Of a stretch of DNA of 61,900 nucleotides, positions 26,902 to 37,837 are shown piece by piece. The stretch lies in contig DYGA01000003.1 of the NCBI GenBank assembly GCA_020724865.1, positions 1 to 61,900 on the forward strand, given 5' to 3'. The translations under genes were made by a program, and so were the position numbers. Origin of the DNA: Candidatus Paceibacter sp. Its GTDB lineage: Bacteria > Patescibacteriota > Patescibacteriia > S139-126. Numbering within the stretch: position 1 is the first letter of the stretch; the number at the start of each line of letters is the position of its first letter. The notes beneath the pieces were generated by a model, which was not told the DNA's origin, did no database searches, and worked only from the letters and a program-made list of their open reading frames with translations.

Positions 26902-27390
26902 ATGTCTGATGTCAATCGACTATCTTCAAATTTACAAAAAATTTTATTTTCGGTATTCAATCGTTTGATAAATTTTTTTACGGCTTTGCCGGGATTGCGT
27001 CGTTTTGCGCTTTTACCCCAATTTTTACGTTTTGTGACAGTCGGAATTTTCAACACCACAATTGATTTTACAGTTTATGTCGTTTTAACCAGAGGTTTAA
27101 CTTTTTTTAGTCACCATTATTTACAAGCTAATTTTTTGGCATTTTTATCCGCCAATTTATTTAGTTTTTGGGCCAACAAAAACTGGACTTTTCAAAATGA
27201 CAATCGGCGTAAAATTTTTCAGTATAGTAAATTTTTTATTATCAGTGTTTTAGCGTTACTTACAATCCAATTGACTATGTTTGTTGGAGTATCAATTTTT
27301 GGTTGGTGGGATTTGGCTAGTAAAATTTTAGCCCTGTTATTTAGTGTGTTTATTAATTTTTTTGGCTCCAAATTTTGGGCGTTTAAGTGA
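26902..27390 (+). CDS. GtrA-family membrane protein
   Basis: FLRFVTVGIFNTTIDFTVYVVL and FWANKNWTF are GtrA-like motifs. Four TM segments. Confidence 0.8.
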   Translation: MSDVNRLSSNLQKILFSVFNRLINFFTALPGLRRFALLPQFLRFVTVGIFNTTIDFTVYVVLTRGLTFFSHHYLQANFLAFLSANLFSFWANKNWTFQNDNRRKIFQYSKFFIISVLALLTIQLTMFVGVSIFGWWDLASKILALLFSVFINFFGSKFWAFK

Positions 27391-27406
27391 GCATATAATT
27401 AAAGTC

Positions 27407-27610
27407 AATTATTAATTACTAATAACTAATTACTATTTAATTAATCAATTAATAATACCTTGTTATACTGAACTTGGTTCAGCATCTACAACGAGATCCC
27501 GAAACAAGTTCGGGATGACAAAGATAAACAAGTTCGGGATGACAAATGAAAGTTTAAAATTTGTTAATTAGAAAATTCATTAGTTATTAATAATTAGTAA
27601 TTAGTTATTT
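27407..27610. repeat. Composite element: TTACTAAT arm, hairpin-module core (locus C), ATTAGTAA arm
   Basis: Left arm 27407-27457 and right arm 27561-27610 are inverted versions of one word family. The core 27466-27547 holds TACTGAAC-TTG-GTTCAGCA and ATCCCGAA-ACAAG-TTCGGGAT-GACAAAG, plus a half unit AAACAAGTTCGGGATGACAAATG. Confidence 0.6.
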
Positions 27611-28333
27611 ATGATCTTAGTTATCCCAGCGAAAAATGAAGAATACAGAATTGGACCTACTTTGCAGGCTTATTTAGATTGGTTTGATAATTTAAAAATA
27701 GTAGTGGTGATAACCCCGGGGACTGACAATACCGAAAGTGTCATTAAAAGTTATCAAACTAAATATCAGGGGAAAATAGACTATTTTTTATTGGAAAAAT
27801 TTATAGGTAATAGTAAAGGTAAAGCAATTAGAGCTGGTTTAAAATATGCTTTGGAAAATTATCCCACCGAAAATTTGATTGGTTTTGTAGATGCCGATAA
27901 TTCTTTGGAACCTTCCGAATTTAATAAATTGGTAAAAAATATTTCTAAAGCTGATTTGACTATTGCCTCGCGGTATTTACCAGATTCAGTTTTGACTGAC
28001 CGAGATTCAAATTTACGAGTATTGGCCTCATTGTTGTTTCGTTATTTAGTCAAAATTTTGTTTAGGTTGAAAGTGGCAGATACTCAGTGTGGCGGGAAGT
28101 TGTTTAAAAGGGGCGTGGTTGAAGAAATTTTGCCAAGATTAAAAATTGATGATATGGCTATTGATGTAGAAATTTTGTATTACTGCCAAAAACTGAATAA
28201 AGTTATTAAAGAAATTTCTGTGGTGTGGCGGGAAAAAAAAGCATCAACAATTTCAACTTCGCCAATACAATTTATCAAAACCAGTTGGCAGATGTTTAAA
28301 TCACTGATTAGGTTAAAAGTTAAAAGTTTATAA
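27611..28333 (+). CDS. GT2 polyprenyl-phosphate glycosyltransferase (GtrB/dolichyl-phosphate glucosyltransferase-like)
   Basis: LVIPAKNEEYRIGPTLQAY, FVDADNS (DxD) and a QCGGKLF segment. It pairs with the upstream gtrA-like gene. Confidence 0.8.
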   Translation: MILVIPAKNEEYRIGPTLQAYLDWFDNLKIVVVITPGTDNTESVIKSYQTKYQGKIDYFLLEKFIGNSKGKAIRAGLKYALENYPTENLIGFVDADNSLEPSEFNKLVKNISKADLTIASRYLPDSVLTDRDSNLRVLASLLFRYLVKILFRLKVADTQCGGKLFKRGVVEEILPRLKIDDMAIDVEILYYCQKLNKVIKEISVVWREKKASTISTSPIQFIKTSWQMFKSLIRLKVKSL

Positions 28334-28392
28334 AGTTGAAAGTTTTAAATAATATAAAGTATTAAGCATAAATACTAAATTCTAAATAATAT

Positions 28393-28470
28393 CTAAATTC
28401 AAATTTATCAAATTCAAAACAAAATAAAAGATATCCGTTTTGAAAATTTGAATTGATAATTTTAAATTTA
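28393..28470. repeat. Imperfect palindromic spacer, words AAATTCAAA/CAAAAC | GTTTTG/TTTGAATT
   Basis: CTAAATTCAAATTTATCAAATTCAAAAC ... GTTTTGAAAATTTGAATTGATAATTTTAAATTTA. The core TTCAAAAC/GTTTTGAA is a perfect 8 bp; outer pairing has ambiguous register. Confidence 0.4.
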
Positions 28471-28539
28471 TTTAGGATTGAGTGTTTCGTGTTTAGTATT
28501 TTTTTTATAATTTAAAAATTTTTTGTATCTTGTTTGTGC

Positions 28540-28600
28540 ATCTTAAATTAGATCTTGAAATAAAATCAGGATGACAACCAAGATGACACCAGATGATAAT
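28540..28600. repeat. Degenerate hairpin-module repeat, locus D
   Basis: AAATCAGGATGACAACCAAGATGACACCAGATGATAAT holds tandem decayed ...CAGGATGACA-type tails like those at loci A-C, without intact hairpins. Confidence 0.35.
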
Positions 28601-28672
28601 AGATTTTTTTACATTTGATTATTTTGTAAATTTATGTTATAGTCATTGAATTGAATTAACTAAATATAAATT

Positions 28673-30409
28673 ATGAAGTTTTTAAAATCAAAGATTTTTT
28701 GGGTGATAATTGTTTTATTGGTTGGTGGAGGAAGTTATTTAATTTTTAAACCAAAACCCGGTCCAGTTTATACCACAGAAAAAGTAAAAAGAGGAACTAT
28801 AGAACAAACCGTATCAGTTACCGGATCGGTCAAGGGTGCTAGTGAGATTAATTTAAATTTTGAATCTATGGGGACAATTGCCAAGATTAATGTTGTCAAA
28901 GGTGAACAGGTAACCAGGGGTCAGATTTTAGCCGAATTATCAGCTCAAGCCCAACAAAACGCCGTAGCTGAAGCTCTGGCCAATTTACAGGCCAGTGAAG
29001 CTCAATTGAATAAATTGATTGCAGGAGCTTCAAGCGTGGAAATAAAAATTAGCGCCGAGAGTTTAAAAAATGCTGAAATTAATTATCAAAATCGATTGAA
29101 TGATTTGAATAATTTGAAAATAAAATTGGCGGCTGATGAAAAACAGTATGAAAACAGTTTACAAACCAGCCAAGTTTCATTGACCAATGCTCGCGATGCC
29201 GCTTTAGCTAGTATGACCAACGAGTTATTTGATGGGGAAATTGCTGTAAACAGGATCAAAGAAATCTTAGATCGTGATGACGCTAAATATACCTTGGGAG
29301 CTAAAAATATTTATACCAAAACAACAGCCGAAATATCTAGAAATCAAGCTGCCAATAATATTGCTGCGGCAAAACAAAAATTAAATACTGCCAAAATATC
29401 TTTGGCTGATAATGATATTGCCACAGCTTTACAAGAATCAATCAGTGGATTATTGGATGTATCAGAGGCTTTATCTGATATTTATGAAGTATTGATAAAT
29501 ACACCTGCTAGCACTGATTATACTCAGACTGAAATTGATACTGATAAAGCTAATATTAGAACTGATCAAGCAACCATTAGTGCCAGTATTAGTGGGGTGC
29601 AAACTGCCAGAAGTAATTGGGAAAGTGCTCAAGCCGCAGTGGCTACTGCTCAAAATAATTTAAATTCATTTTTAGCCAGTAAAGATTCACAAGTGGCAAC
29701 TGCCGAAGGTGCGGTAAATAGTGCCAAAGGGGCGTGGGATTTAGCCAAGGCTCAGCATGAACAACTTTTATCACCAGCGCGTAGTGAAGATATTGATTTA
29801 CAAAGAGCCAGAGTTGCCCAAAGTAGAGCTGCTTTACAACGGGCACAAGTAGCCCTCGATCAAATGCTCATTAAAGCCCCGGTTGATGGTACTATCACTA
29901 GAGTAAATTATGAGGTAGGGGAAAAAGTTGATTTAACTAAACCAGTTTTTTCTTTATTAGGAAATTCTGGACTGGAAATAGAAGTTGATATCCCGGAATC
30001 AGATATAGCCAAAATTGCTTTAGGGCAAATGGCTCATATAACTTTGGATGCTTTTGGTGAACAAGAATTTATTGGTCATGTAACAATGATTGATCCAGCC
30101 GAAACCAGAATTTCTGATGTGGTGTATTATAAGGTTAAAGTTACCTTTGATGAAGCAAAGGAAGAGATAAAACCCGGTATGACAGCCAACATTGATATTG
30201 CTACTGCCAGTGTAGATAATGCATTGTATATACCTGCACGCGCTGTCAAAGAAAACGGTGGCAAATATGTAGAGGTTTTACAAAACAATAATGAAGTTGT
30301 CCGAAAAACTGTGGAAACTGGTTTGCGCGGTGATGGTGGGGTAATTGAAATTGTCAGTGGTTTAAATGAAGGGGAAGAGGTAATCACTTTTAAACAAGAG
30401 GCAAAATAA
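28673..30409 (+). CDS. HlyD/MacA-family membrane-fusion (periplasmic adaptor) protein with an extended coiled-coil region
   Basis: N-terminal TM, then lipoyl/barrel-sandwich motifs (GTIAKINVVKGEQVTRGQILAEL ... LIKAPVDGTITRVNYEVGEKV). Between them lie about 300 aa of A/Q/N/L-rich helical sequence. A C-terminal beta-barrel follows. Confidence 0.8.
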   Translation: MKFLKSKIFWVIIVLLVGGGSYLIFKPKPGPVYTTEKVKRGTIEQTVSVTGSVKGASEINLNFESMGTIAKINVVKGEQVTRGQILAELSAQAQQNAVAEALANLQASEAQLNKLIAGASSVEIKISAESLKNAEINYQNRLNDLNNLKIKLAADEKQYENSLQTSQVSLTNARDAALASMTNELFDGEIAVNRIKEILDRDDAKYTLGAKNIYTKTTAEISRNQAANNIAAAKQKLNTAKISLADNDIATALQESISGLLDVSEALSDIYEVLINTPASTDYTQTEIDTDKANIRTDQATISASISGVQTARSNWESAQAAVATAQNNLNSFLASKDSQVATAEGAVNSAKGAWDLAKAQHEQLLSPARSEDIDLQRARVAQSRAALQRAQVALDQMLIKAPVDGTITRVNYEVGEKVDLTKPVFSLLGNSGLEIEVDIPESDIAKIALGQMAHITLDAFGEQEFIGHVTMIDPAETRISDVVYYKVKVTFDEAKEEIKPGMTANIDIATASVDNALYIPARAVKENGGKYVEVLQNNNEVVRKTVETGLRGDGGVIEIVSGLNEGEEVITFKQEAK

Positions 30410-30411
30410 AC

Positions 30412-31128
30412 ATGCCTTTGATCAGAATCAAAGATATTAAGCGTGAATTTCAAACTGGCGAGGTTGTCACCAAAGTTCTACATGGTGTCAGTTTTGAAAT
30501 TGCAGAGGGTGAGTTTGTGGCAATTATGGGCCCATCCGGTAGTGGTAAATCTACTTTGATGCACATTTTAGGATTTTTGGACAAAGCTTCCAGTGGCCAA
30601 TATTTTTATAAAGATAAAGATGTTTCCATACTGAATGACGACCAACTTGCCCAAATGCGCAATCAGGAAATTGGTTTTGTTTTTCAAGCGTTTCATTTAT
30701 TGCCCAAATTGTCAGTGCTAGACAATGTAAAATTACCACTTTTATATAGTTCCAGAAAAAATAAAGATGAGGCAGCAAAAAAAGCTTTGGAACAAGTTGG
30801 TTTATCGCATCGGCTTGATTATTATCCCAATCAAATTTCTGGCGGAGAAAAACAAAGAGTAGCTATTGCGCGGGCATTGGTAAATGAACCAGCAGTTGTT
30901 TTTGCCGATGAACCAACTGGTAATTTGGATTCAAAGTCCGGGCAACAAGTGATGTCAATTTTACAAAATTTAAATGATCAGGGCAGGACTATTATTTTGG
31001 TTACTCATGAGAAATATACTTCTCAGCATGCCAAAAGAATTTTGCATATCAAAGATGGTTTATTGGAGAGTGATGAACCGGTTACTGATAGATTGATTGC
31101 TAGTGAGCAAGCTGGGTTAATGAAGTAA
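30412..31128 (+). CDS. ABC transporter ATP-binding protein (MacB/LolD/FtsE-like)
   Basis: Walker [11 protein letters not shown]-loop, signature [15 protein letters not shown], Walker [14 protein letters not shown]-loop VTHE. Confidence 0.9.
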   Translation: MPLIRIKDIKREFQTGEVVTKVLHGVSFEIAEGEFVAIMGPSGSGKSTLMHILGFLDKASSGQYFYKDKDVSILNDDQLAQMRNQEIGFVFQAFHLLPKLSVLDNVKLPLLYSSRKNKDEAAKKALEQVGLSHRLDYYPNQISGGEKQRVAIARALVNEPAVVFADEPTGNLDSKSGQQVMSILQNLNDQGRTIILVTHEKYTSQHAKRILHIKDGLLESDEPVTDRLIASEQAGLMK

Positions 31129-31132
31129 TTTT

Positions 31133-32368
31133 ATGAATATATTTGATCACGCCCAAATTTCTTTGCGGGCTTTGTCGGCTAACCGTAACCGATCTTTTTT
31201 AACGATGTTGGGAATTATTATTGGTATTGCTGCGGTAATAATAATTATTTCAGTTGGTAAAGGTGCAGAAAGTTTGTTGTATAGTCAAATTTCAGCAATC
31301 GGCTCGGATTTGATTGGTATTTTGCCCGGAGCAAGTGATGAAGATGGTCCGCCAGCAGCGGCAATGGGAATAACTATAACCACTCTAAAAAATAATGATA
31401 TTAGAGAAGTTGAGAAACAGGTACCGGGGGTTATTGCTGCTAGTGGTTATATACGCGGCCAAGATACCATCACTTATGAAAATCAAAAATTTGACGCGGC
31501 GTTTATGGGTGTTGAAGCAACTTATACAGTTGTAGAAAATGTTCAAGTTGAGTCAGGCAGATTTTTTACTAAGGAAGAAGATAATTCACTGGTTAGAGTA
31601 GCGGTTTTGGGCAGTAAGGTTTATGATGAATTATTTCATGGCGATCCGGCAATAGGTAAAAAAATAAAAATTAGAAAAGAATCTTTTACTGTTATTGGAG
31701 TTATGCCTCCGCGAGGTACGGCGGGATTTTTAAACCAAGATACTCAAGTTTTTATACCTTTGCAAACTGCCCAAAAAATTATGTTGGGTGTTGATCATTT
31801 GGCTTTTGCTCGGGTACGGGTAGCCAAAAATGTAGTAATTGATGATGTATTGGAACAAATCAGGCAGGTATTACGTGAGCAGCACAATTTAACTTCCAGC
31901 GAGGTGGATGATTTTTCGGTTCGCAGCGCTACCCAAGCTTTGGATTTATTATCAACTTTAACTTCAGCTTTAGCTTTCTTTTTGGCAGCGATTGCTGGGA
32001 TAAGTTTATTGGTTGGTGGAGTGGGCATTATGAATATTATGTTGATTGCCGTAAATGAACGTATTCAAGAAATTGGTTTGCGAAAAAGCTTGGGAGCCAA
32101 AACCAAAGATATTATCACTCAGTTTTTAGTAGAAGCAATGATTTTAACTTTGTTGGGGGCTATTATTGGCATTTTGGCAGGCAGTATTATTTCTTTTTTA
32201 ATTGCCGTGGTTGCTAATCAGTTGGATTATAAATGGGATTTTGTTATAACTCCATTTTCAATTATTTTATCTTGTTCCATTGCTTTATTGATCGGATTAA
32301 TTTTTGGGTATTATCCAGCCAAAAAAGCTGCCAGTCTTGATCCGATCGAGGCCTTGCGTTATGAATAA
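31133..32368 (+). CDS. ABC transporter permease, MacB/FtsX type (paralog 1)
   Basis: MacB_PCD-type extracytoplasmic domain after TM1 (NRSFLTMLGIIIGIAAVI). The C-terminal FtsX domain has the VGGVGIMNIMLIAVNERIQEIGLRKSLGA motif. Confidence 0.85.
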   Translation: MNIFDHAQISLRALSANRNRSFLTMLGIIIGIAAVIIIISVGKGAESLLYSQISAIGSDLIGILPGASDEDGPPAAAMGITITTLKNNDIREVEKQVPGVIAASGYIRGQDTITYENQKFDAAFMGVEATYTVVENVQVESGRFFTKEEDNSLVRVAVLGSKVYDELFHGDPAIGKKIKIRKESFTVIGVMPPRGTAGFLNQDTQVFIPLQTAQKIMLGVDHLAFARVRVAKNVVIDDVLEQIRQVLREQHNLTSSEVDDFSVRSATQALDLLSTLTSALAFFLAAIAGISLLVGGVGIMNIMLIAVNERIQEIGLRKSLGAKTKDIITQFLVEAMILTLLGAIIGILAGSIISFLIAVVANQLDYKWDFVITPFSIILSCSIALLIGLIFGYYPAKKAASLDPIEALRYE

Positions 32369-32374
32369 TATTTT

Positions 32375-33619
32375 ATGAATTTATTATTACCAGTAAAACA
32401 AGCCTATGCAGCCATGCGGGCCAACCGCATCAGGTCATTTTTGACTATGTTGGGAGTGATTATTGGTATTTCTTCAGTAATTGTTATTTTGTCAGCCGGT
32501 GAAGCTTTGAAGGGTTTTGTTTATAACGAAGTTAATTCTTTTGGTAATAACATTATTCAAGCGGAGGTAAAGGTTCCTTCGACCAATCAGCAATCAGCCG
32601 ATAATGCCGCTGGTATGGCTATGGGTATTACCATCACCACTATGAAAGATAGTGATGCTGAAGCTGTAAGAAAATTGGACAATATTGATAAGGTTTATTC
32701 TGCGGTTTTAGGACAAGGGGTAGCATCTTATCGCAATGAAAATAAAATAGTTACTATTTATGGAGTTACACCAGATTTTATAGAGATTGATCAAGCGCGA
32801 ATTGATTATGGACGATTTTTTACCAACGAAGAAAACCGTTCCCAGTCTCAGGTAGTAGTTTTAGGTTCAGATCTTAAGAAAACTTTATTTGGTGATGATG
32901 AAGCTTTGGGAAAACAGATTAAAATTGGCAATTTAAAATATGAAGTGATCGGAGTTTTTAAACCAAGAGGCTCTTCATTATTTTTCAATATGGATGATAT
33001 GGTAGTGATGCCGCTTTATACTTTACAAAAAAAAGTTATGGGTATAGATCACGTGATGTATTTTTTAGCTACCATGAAAGATATATCTAAAGATGATTTA
33101 ACCAAAGCTCAAATTGAAGATTTATTGCGGGAACGTCATGATATCAGTGATCCCAAAAAAGATGATTTTGCCGTTACTACTCAAGAAGAGATGCAGGATA
33201 TGCTCAATGTAATCTTGGGTGGAGTCCAGCTATTGTTGATTGCAATTGCCAGTATTAGTTTGATTGTGGGTGGGGTAGGGATAATGAATATAATGTATGT
33301 TTCAGTTGCCGAGCGTACTTTTGAAATTGGACTACGTAAAAGTGTGGGTGCAACCAAAAGTAATATCTTATGGCAATTTTTGTGGGAGTCAGTCTTTGTC
33401 ACTCTTTTAGGGGGTATCGTGGGAATAATAATTGGCATTATCTTGACCCAGTTATTTAGTTGGTTAGCAAAATATTTGGCAATTGATTTTGTTTTTACTA
33501 TACCACTGTGGGCGATTGCTTTGGCCGTTGGTTTTGCCGTTAGTGTTGGCTTAATTTTTGGTATTTATCCAGCCAAAAAAGCTGCTGAACTTGATCCCAT
33601 TGAGGCTTTACGGAGGTAG
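32375..33619 (+). CDS. ABC transporter permease, MacB/FtsX type (paralog 2)
   Basis: Same architecture as 31133..32368 (IRSFLTMLGVIIGISSVI ... VGGVGIMNIMYVSVAERTFEIGLRKSVGA), but a clearly diverged paralog. Confidence 0.85.
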   Translation: MNLLLPVKQAYAAMRANRIRSFLTMLGVIIGISSVIVILSAGEALKGFVYNEVNSFGNNIIQAEVKVPSTNQQSADNAAGMAMGITITTMKDSDAEAVRKLDNIDKVYSAVLGQGVASYRNENKIVTIYGVTPDFIEIDQARIDYGRFFTNEENRSQSQVVVLGSDLKKTLFGDDEALGKQIKIGNLKYEVIGVFKPRGSSLFFNMDDMVVMPLYTLQKKVMGIDHVMYFLATMKDISKDDLTKAQIEDLLRERHDISDPKKDDFAVTTQEEMQDMLNVILGGVQLLLIAIASISLIVGGVGIMNIMYVSVAERTFEIGLRKSVGATKSNILWQFLWESVFVTLLGGIVGIIIGIILTQLFSWLAKYLAIDFVFTIPLWAIALAVGFAVSVGLIFGIYPAKKAAELDPIEALRR

Positions 33620-33662
33620 TTAGCTTGATAAGAATCATAAATTGAGGGTAAATTATTAGTTT

Positions 33663-33689
33663 TTAGCACTCTTGACAGGAGAGTGCTAA
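33663..33689. promoter_or_regulatory. CIRCE operator (HrcA binding site)
   Basis: TTAGCACTC-N9-GAGTGCTAA is an exact match to the CIRCE consensus inverted repeat, 52 nt upstream of hrcA. Confidence 0.9.
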
Positions 33690-33701
33690 TTTATCTATAA
33701 T
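33672..33701 (+). promoter_or_regulatory. Sigma70-type promoter of the hrcA operon, overlapping CIRCE
   Basis: TTGACA (33672-33677, inside the CIRCE spacer), an 18-nt spacer, then TATAAT (33696-33701). Confidence 0.6.
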
Positions 33702-33740
33702 GTTATTAGGGTGGTAAAAAATAAGTAATTTTAGGCAAAA

Positions 33741-34433
33741 ATGCTTACTAACCGACAAAATCAAATATTTAAAGAGATTGTGGAAAACTATGTTTCTAAT
33801 GTTCAACCGATTAGTTCTAAATTGTTGACTGATAGTTTAAATGTATCTTCGGCCACAATTCGTAATGAAATGTCAGCTTTGGAAGATAAAGGTTTGATTT
33901 TTCAACCTCATACTTCAGCTGGTCGAGTACCTACAGCAGCAGGTTATAAGTATTATTTTGATAATTTTGTTGATAAGGAAAAATTATTAAATAAACACGA
34001 TCAACAGTTGGTAGAGGCTGCTTGGCAAAAAAATAAGCATGATTATAACCAGTCTTTTAAAAATTTAGCCAAAGTATTAGCTGATATTTCTCAACATGCT
34101 GTATTGGTTGGTTTTTCGGAAAAATATTTTTATTATACTGGACTGGCAAATTTATTTAATCAGCCGGAATTTACAGCTGTTGATTTAGTGCGAGCGATGG
34201 GTTATTTAGTTGATCATTTGGACGAAGTGGTGAGTAAAATTTTTCCTTACATCGAAGATTTATCAGTAAAGATTGGTGAGGAAAATCCGTTTAGTAATGA
34301 ATGTTCCGTTTTTTTGACAAAGTTTTCCAATCCAGCTGGCGAAGGGTTATTGGGAATTTTAGGTCCGATGCGGATGGATTATCAACAAAATTATTCTTTA
34401 ATTAATTATTCTAGAAACTTAATTAATAAATAA
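33741..34433 (+). CDS. hrcA: Heat-inducible transcription repressor HrcA (short form, 230 aa)
   Basis: N-terminal winged-helix LTNRQNQIFKEIVENYVSNVQPISSKLL...SSATIRNEMSALEDKGLIFQPHTSAGRVPT. A CIRCE site lies directly upstream. Confidence 0.85.
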   Translation: MLTNRQNQIFKEIVENYVSNVQPISSKLLTDSLNVSSATIRNEMSALEDKGLIFQPHTSAGRVPTAAGYKYYFDNFVDKEKLLNKHDQQLVEAAWQKNKHDYNQSFKNLAKVLADISQHAVLVGFSEKYFYYTGLANLFNQPEFTAVDLVRAMGYLVDHLDEVVSKIFPYIEDLSVKIGEENPFSNECSVFLTKFSNPAGEGLLGILGPMRMDYQQNYSLINYSRNLINK

Positions 34434-35018
34434 ATGACAAAAAAAATAGATTCAATTAATGATGATAAAAAAGACGAAATTGTCGATAAATCAGTTGAGC
34501 TCAAAACTGATGAAAAATCAGATGATTTATCTGCCGCTGATTTAACCAGACAAAATCAAGAATATTTAGCTGGTTGGCAGAGAGCTAAAGCTGATTATAT
34601 CAATTTGAAGAGAGAGACAGATGAAATGATAAGTAAGTTAAGGCAAATTGTTAGAGGCGAGCTATTTGTAGAATTTTTGCCTTATTGGCAGAATTTGGTT
34701 ACCGCCATAAAACACATACCTCAAGATTTGTTAGAGGCGGATTGGGTGCAAGGTTTTATTCATACTCAAAGACAGATAGAAGATTGGTTGGATAAAAATG
34801 GCGTTAAAAAAATGAAAACTGTAGGTGAAAAATTCGATTACAATAAGCATGAAGCAGTGGAAACAGTTTGGGATGAAAAAGTTGCAGTGGATGAAATTGT
34901 GGCCGAAAAATCAGCTGGTTATGAATATGATGGTCAGGTTATAATCCACCCTCGGGTAGTGGTAAATACATTACCAGCTCACCAAGATGAAAATAAAAAT
35001 AATCAAGTTAATAAATAA
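34434..35018 (+). CDS. grpE: Nucleotide exchange factor GrpE
   Basis: LAGWQRAKADYINLKRE and C-terminal FDYNKHEAV..GYEYDGQVIIHPRVVV are GrpE motifs. The gene abuts the hrcA stop with no gap. Confidence 0.85.
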   Translation: MTKKIDSINDDKKDEIVDKSVELKTDEKSDDLSAADLTRQNQEYLAGWQRAKADYINLKRETDEMISKLRQIVRGELFVEFLPYWQNLVTAIKHIPQDLLEADWVQGFIHTQRQIEDWLDKNGVKKMKTVGEKFDYNKHEAVETVWDEKVAVDEIVAEKSAGYEYDGQVIIHPRVVVNTLPAHQDENKNNQVNK

Positions 35019-35091
35019 TTTTTAATTAATAATTAATTTTTCTTGTTTGGGTTAGTCAGTAATCTAAACAAGAAAAAAGAGGAGAAAATAT

Positions 35092-35511
35092 ATGGCTATA
35101 GTAAAATGGACACCATGGCAAGATCCTTTTGAAGAATTTGAAAAAATGCTGCAAGAATGGCCGGGTTATCAAAACGTCAGGTCGTTTGTGCCAGCAGTTG
35201 ATGTTTATCAGGATAATGATAATGTATATATTGAGACCCCATTACCGGGGGTAAATATCAATGACGTTACCATTTCGGTAGAAAATGATGTGTTAACCAT
35301 TCAAGGGAAACGTGAACACAAGACTGAAGTTGATGAAAAAAATTATTACCGTCAAGAAGTGCGTTATGGTAGTTTTTACAGAAGTATAGCATTGCCCACT
35401 AGTGTAAATGGTGATAAAGCTGAAGCTGAATATAAAGATGGTATTTTAAAGGTCACAATTCCTAAAGAAGAAAAAGCCAAACCAAAAAAGATTACTATCA
35501 AAACAAAATAA
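35092..35511 (+). CDS. Hsp20/alpha-crystallin small heat-shock protein
   Basis: PAVDVYQDNDNVYIETPLPGV...LTIQGKRE...FYRSIALP...AEYKDGILKVTIPK is the ACD signature. SD AAGAGGAG lies 7 nt upstream. Confidence 0.9.
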   Translation: MAIVKWTPWQDPFEEFEKMLQEWPGYQNVRSFVPAVDVYQDNDNVYIETPLPGVNINDVTISVENDVLTIQGKREHKTEVDEKNYYRQEVRYGSFYRSIALPTSVNGDKAEAEYKDGILKVTIPKEEKAKPKKITIKTK

Positions 35512-35831
35512 TGGAATTACCACTTTCCTCACTACCAAGAAAATTAAATCATCATTGCCCTTTGTGCGGTCGGATTTTAGTCAATGATGATGTTGAAATT
35601 ATTAGTTTGCACAACAACCAGATGATGGTTTATACCACCTGTGGCAGCTGTGGAGTGGGTTTAATTGCTAAGGTTTCCTGGCTGCCACAAGGTTTGGTGG
35701 GACTAGGAGTTTTGACTGATTTGACTAGAGATGAAGTCAAGCAGACGGCTAATTTATCTCCGATCACTGCGGATGATGTGTTGGCCATAAAAATGTTAAC
35801 TGATAAAGGTTATTTAGAAATTAAAGTATAA
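35511..35831 (+). CDS. Hypothetical zinc-ribbon protein (CxxC...CxxC)
   Basis: The 106-aa product has HHCPLCGRIL and TTCGSCGVGL. Its ATG overlaps the hsp20 TAA by 1 nt (TAATG). No family recognised. Confidence 0.55.
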   Translation: MELPLSSLPRKLNHHCPLCGRILVNDDVEIISLHNNQMMVYTTCGSCGVGLIAKVSWLPQGLVGLGVLTDLTRDEVKQTANLSPITADDVLAIKMLTDKGYLEIKV

Positions 35832-35848
35832 TAATTAAATTAATATAA

Positions 35849-37759
<1,911 letters not shown>

Positions 37760-37837
37760 ACCAAAGGTTAGACTAATAATTAATTAAACCTGGGGTGCAG
37801 GCTTATAACTCACTGCAGGTAACTAATAAAAAAATTT

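Noticed and set aside
35038-35084. 11-bp hairpin (TTTTCTTGTTT / AAACAAGAAAA) just upstream of hsp20 as an RNA thermometer
   Set aside because: The SD (AAGAGGAG, 35078-35084) lies 3' of the stem and is not sequestered. There is no ROSE or fourU-type pairing with the SD or AUG. It may be a stabiliser or processing hairpin, but the thermometer idea is unsupported.
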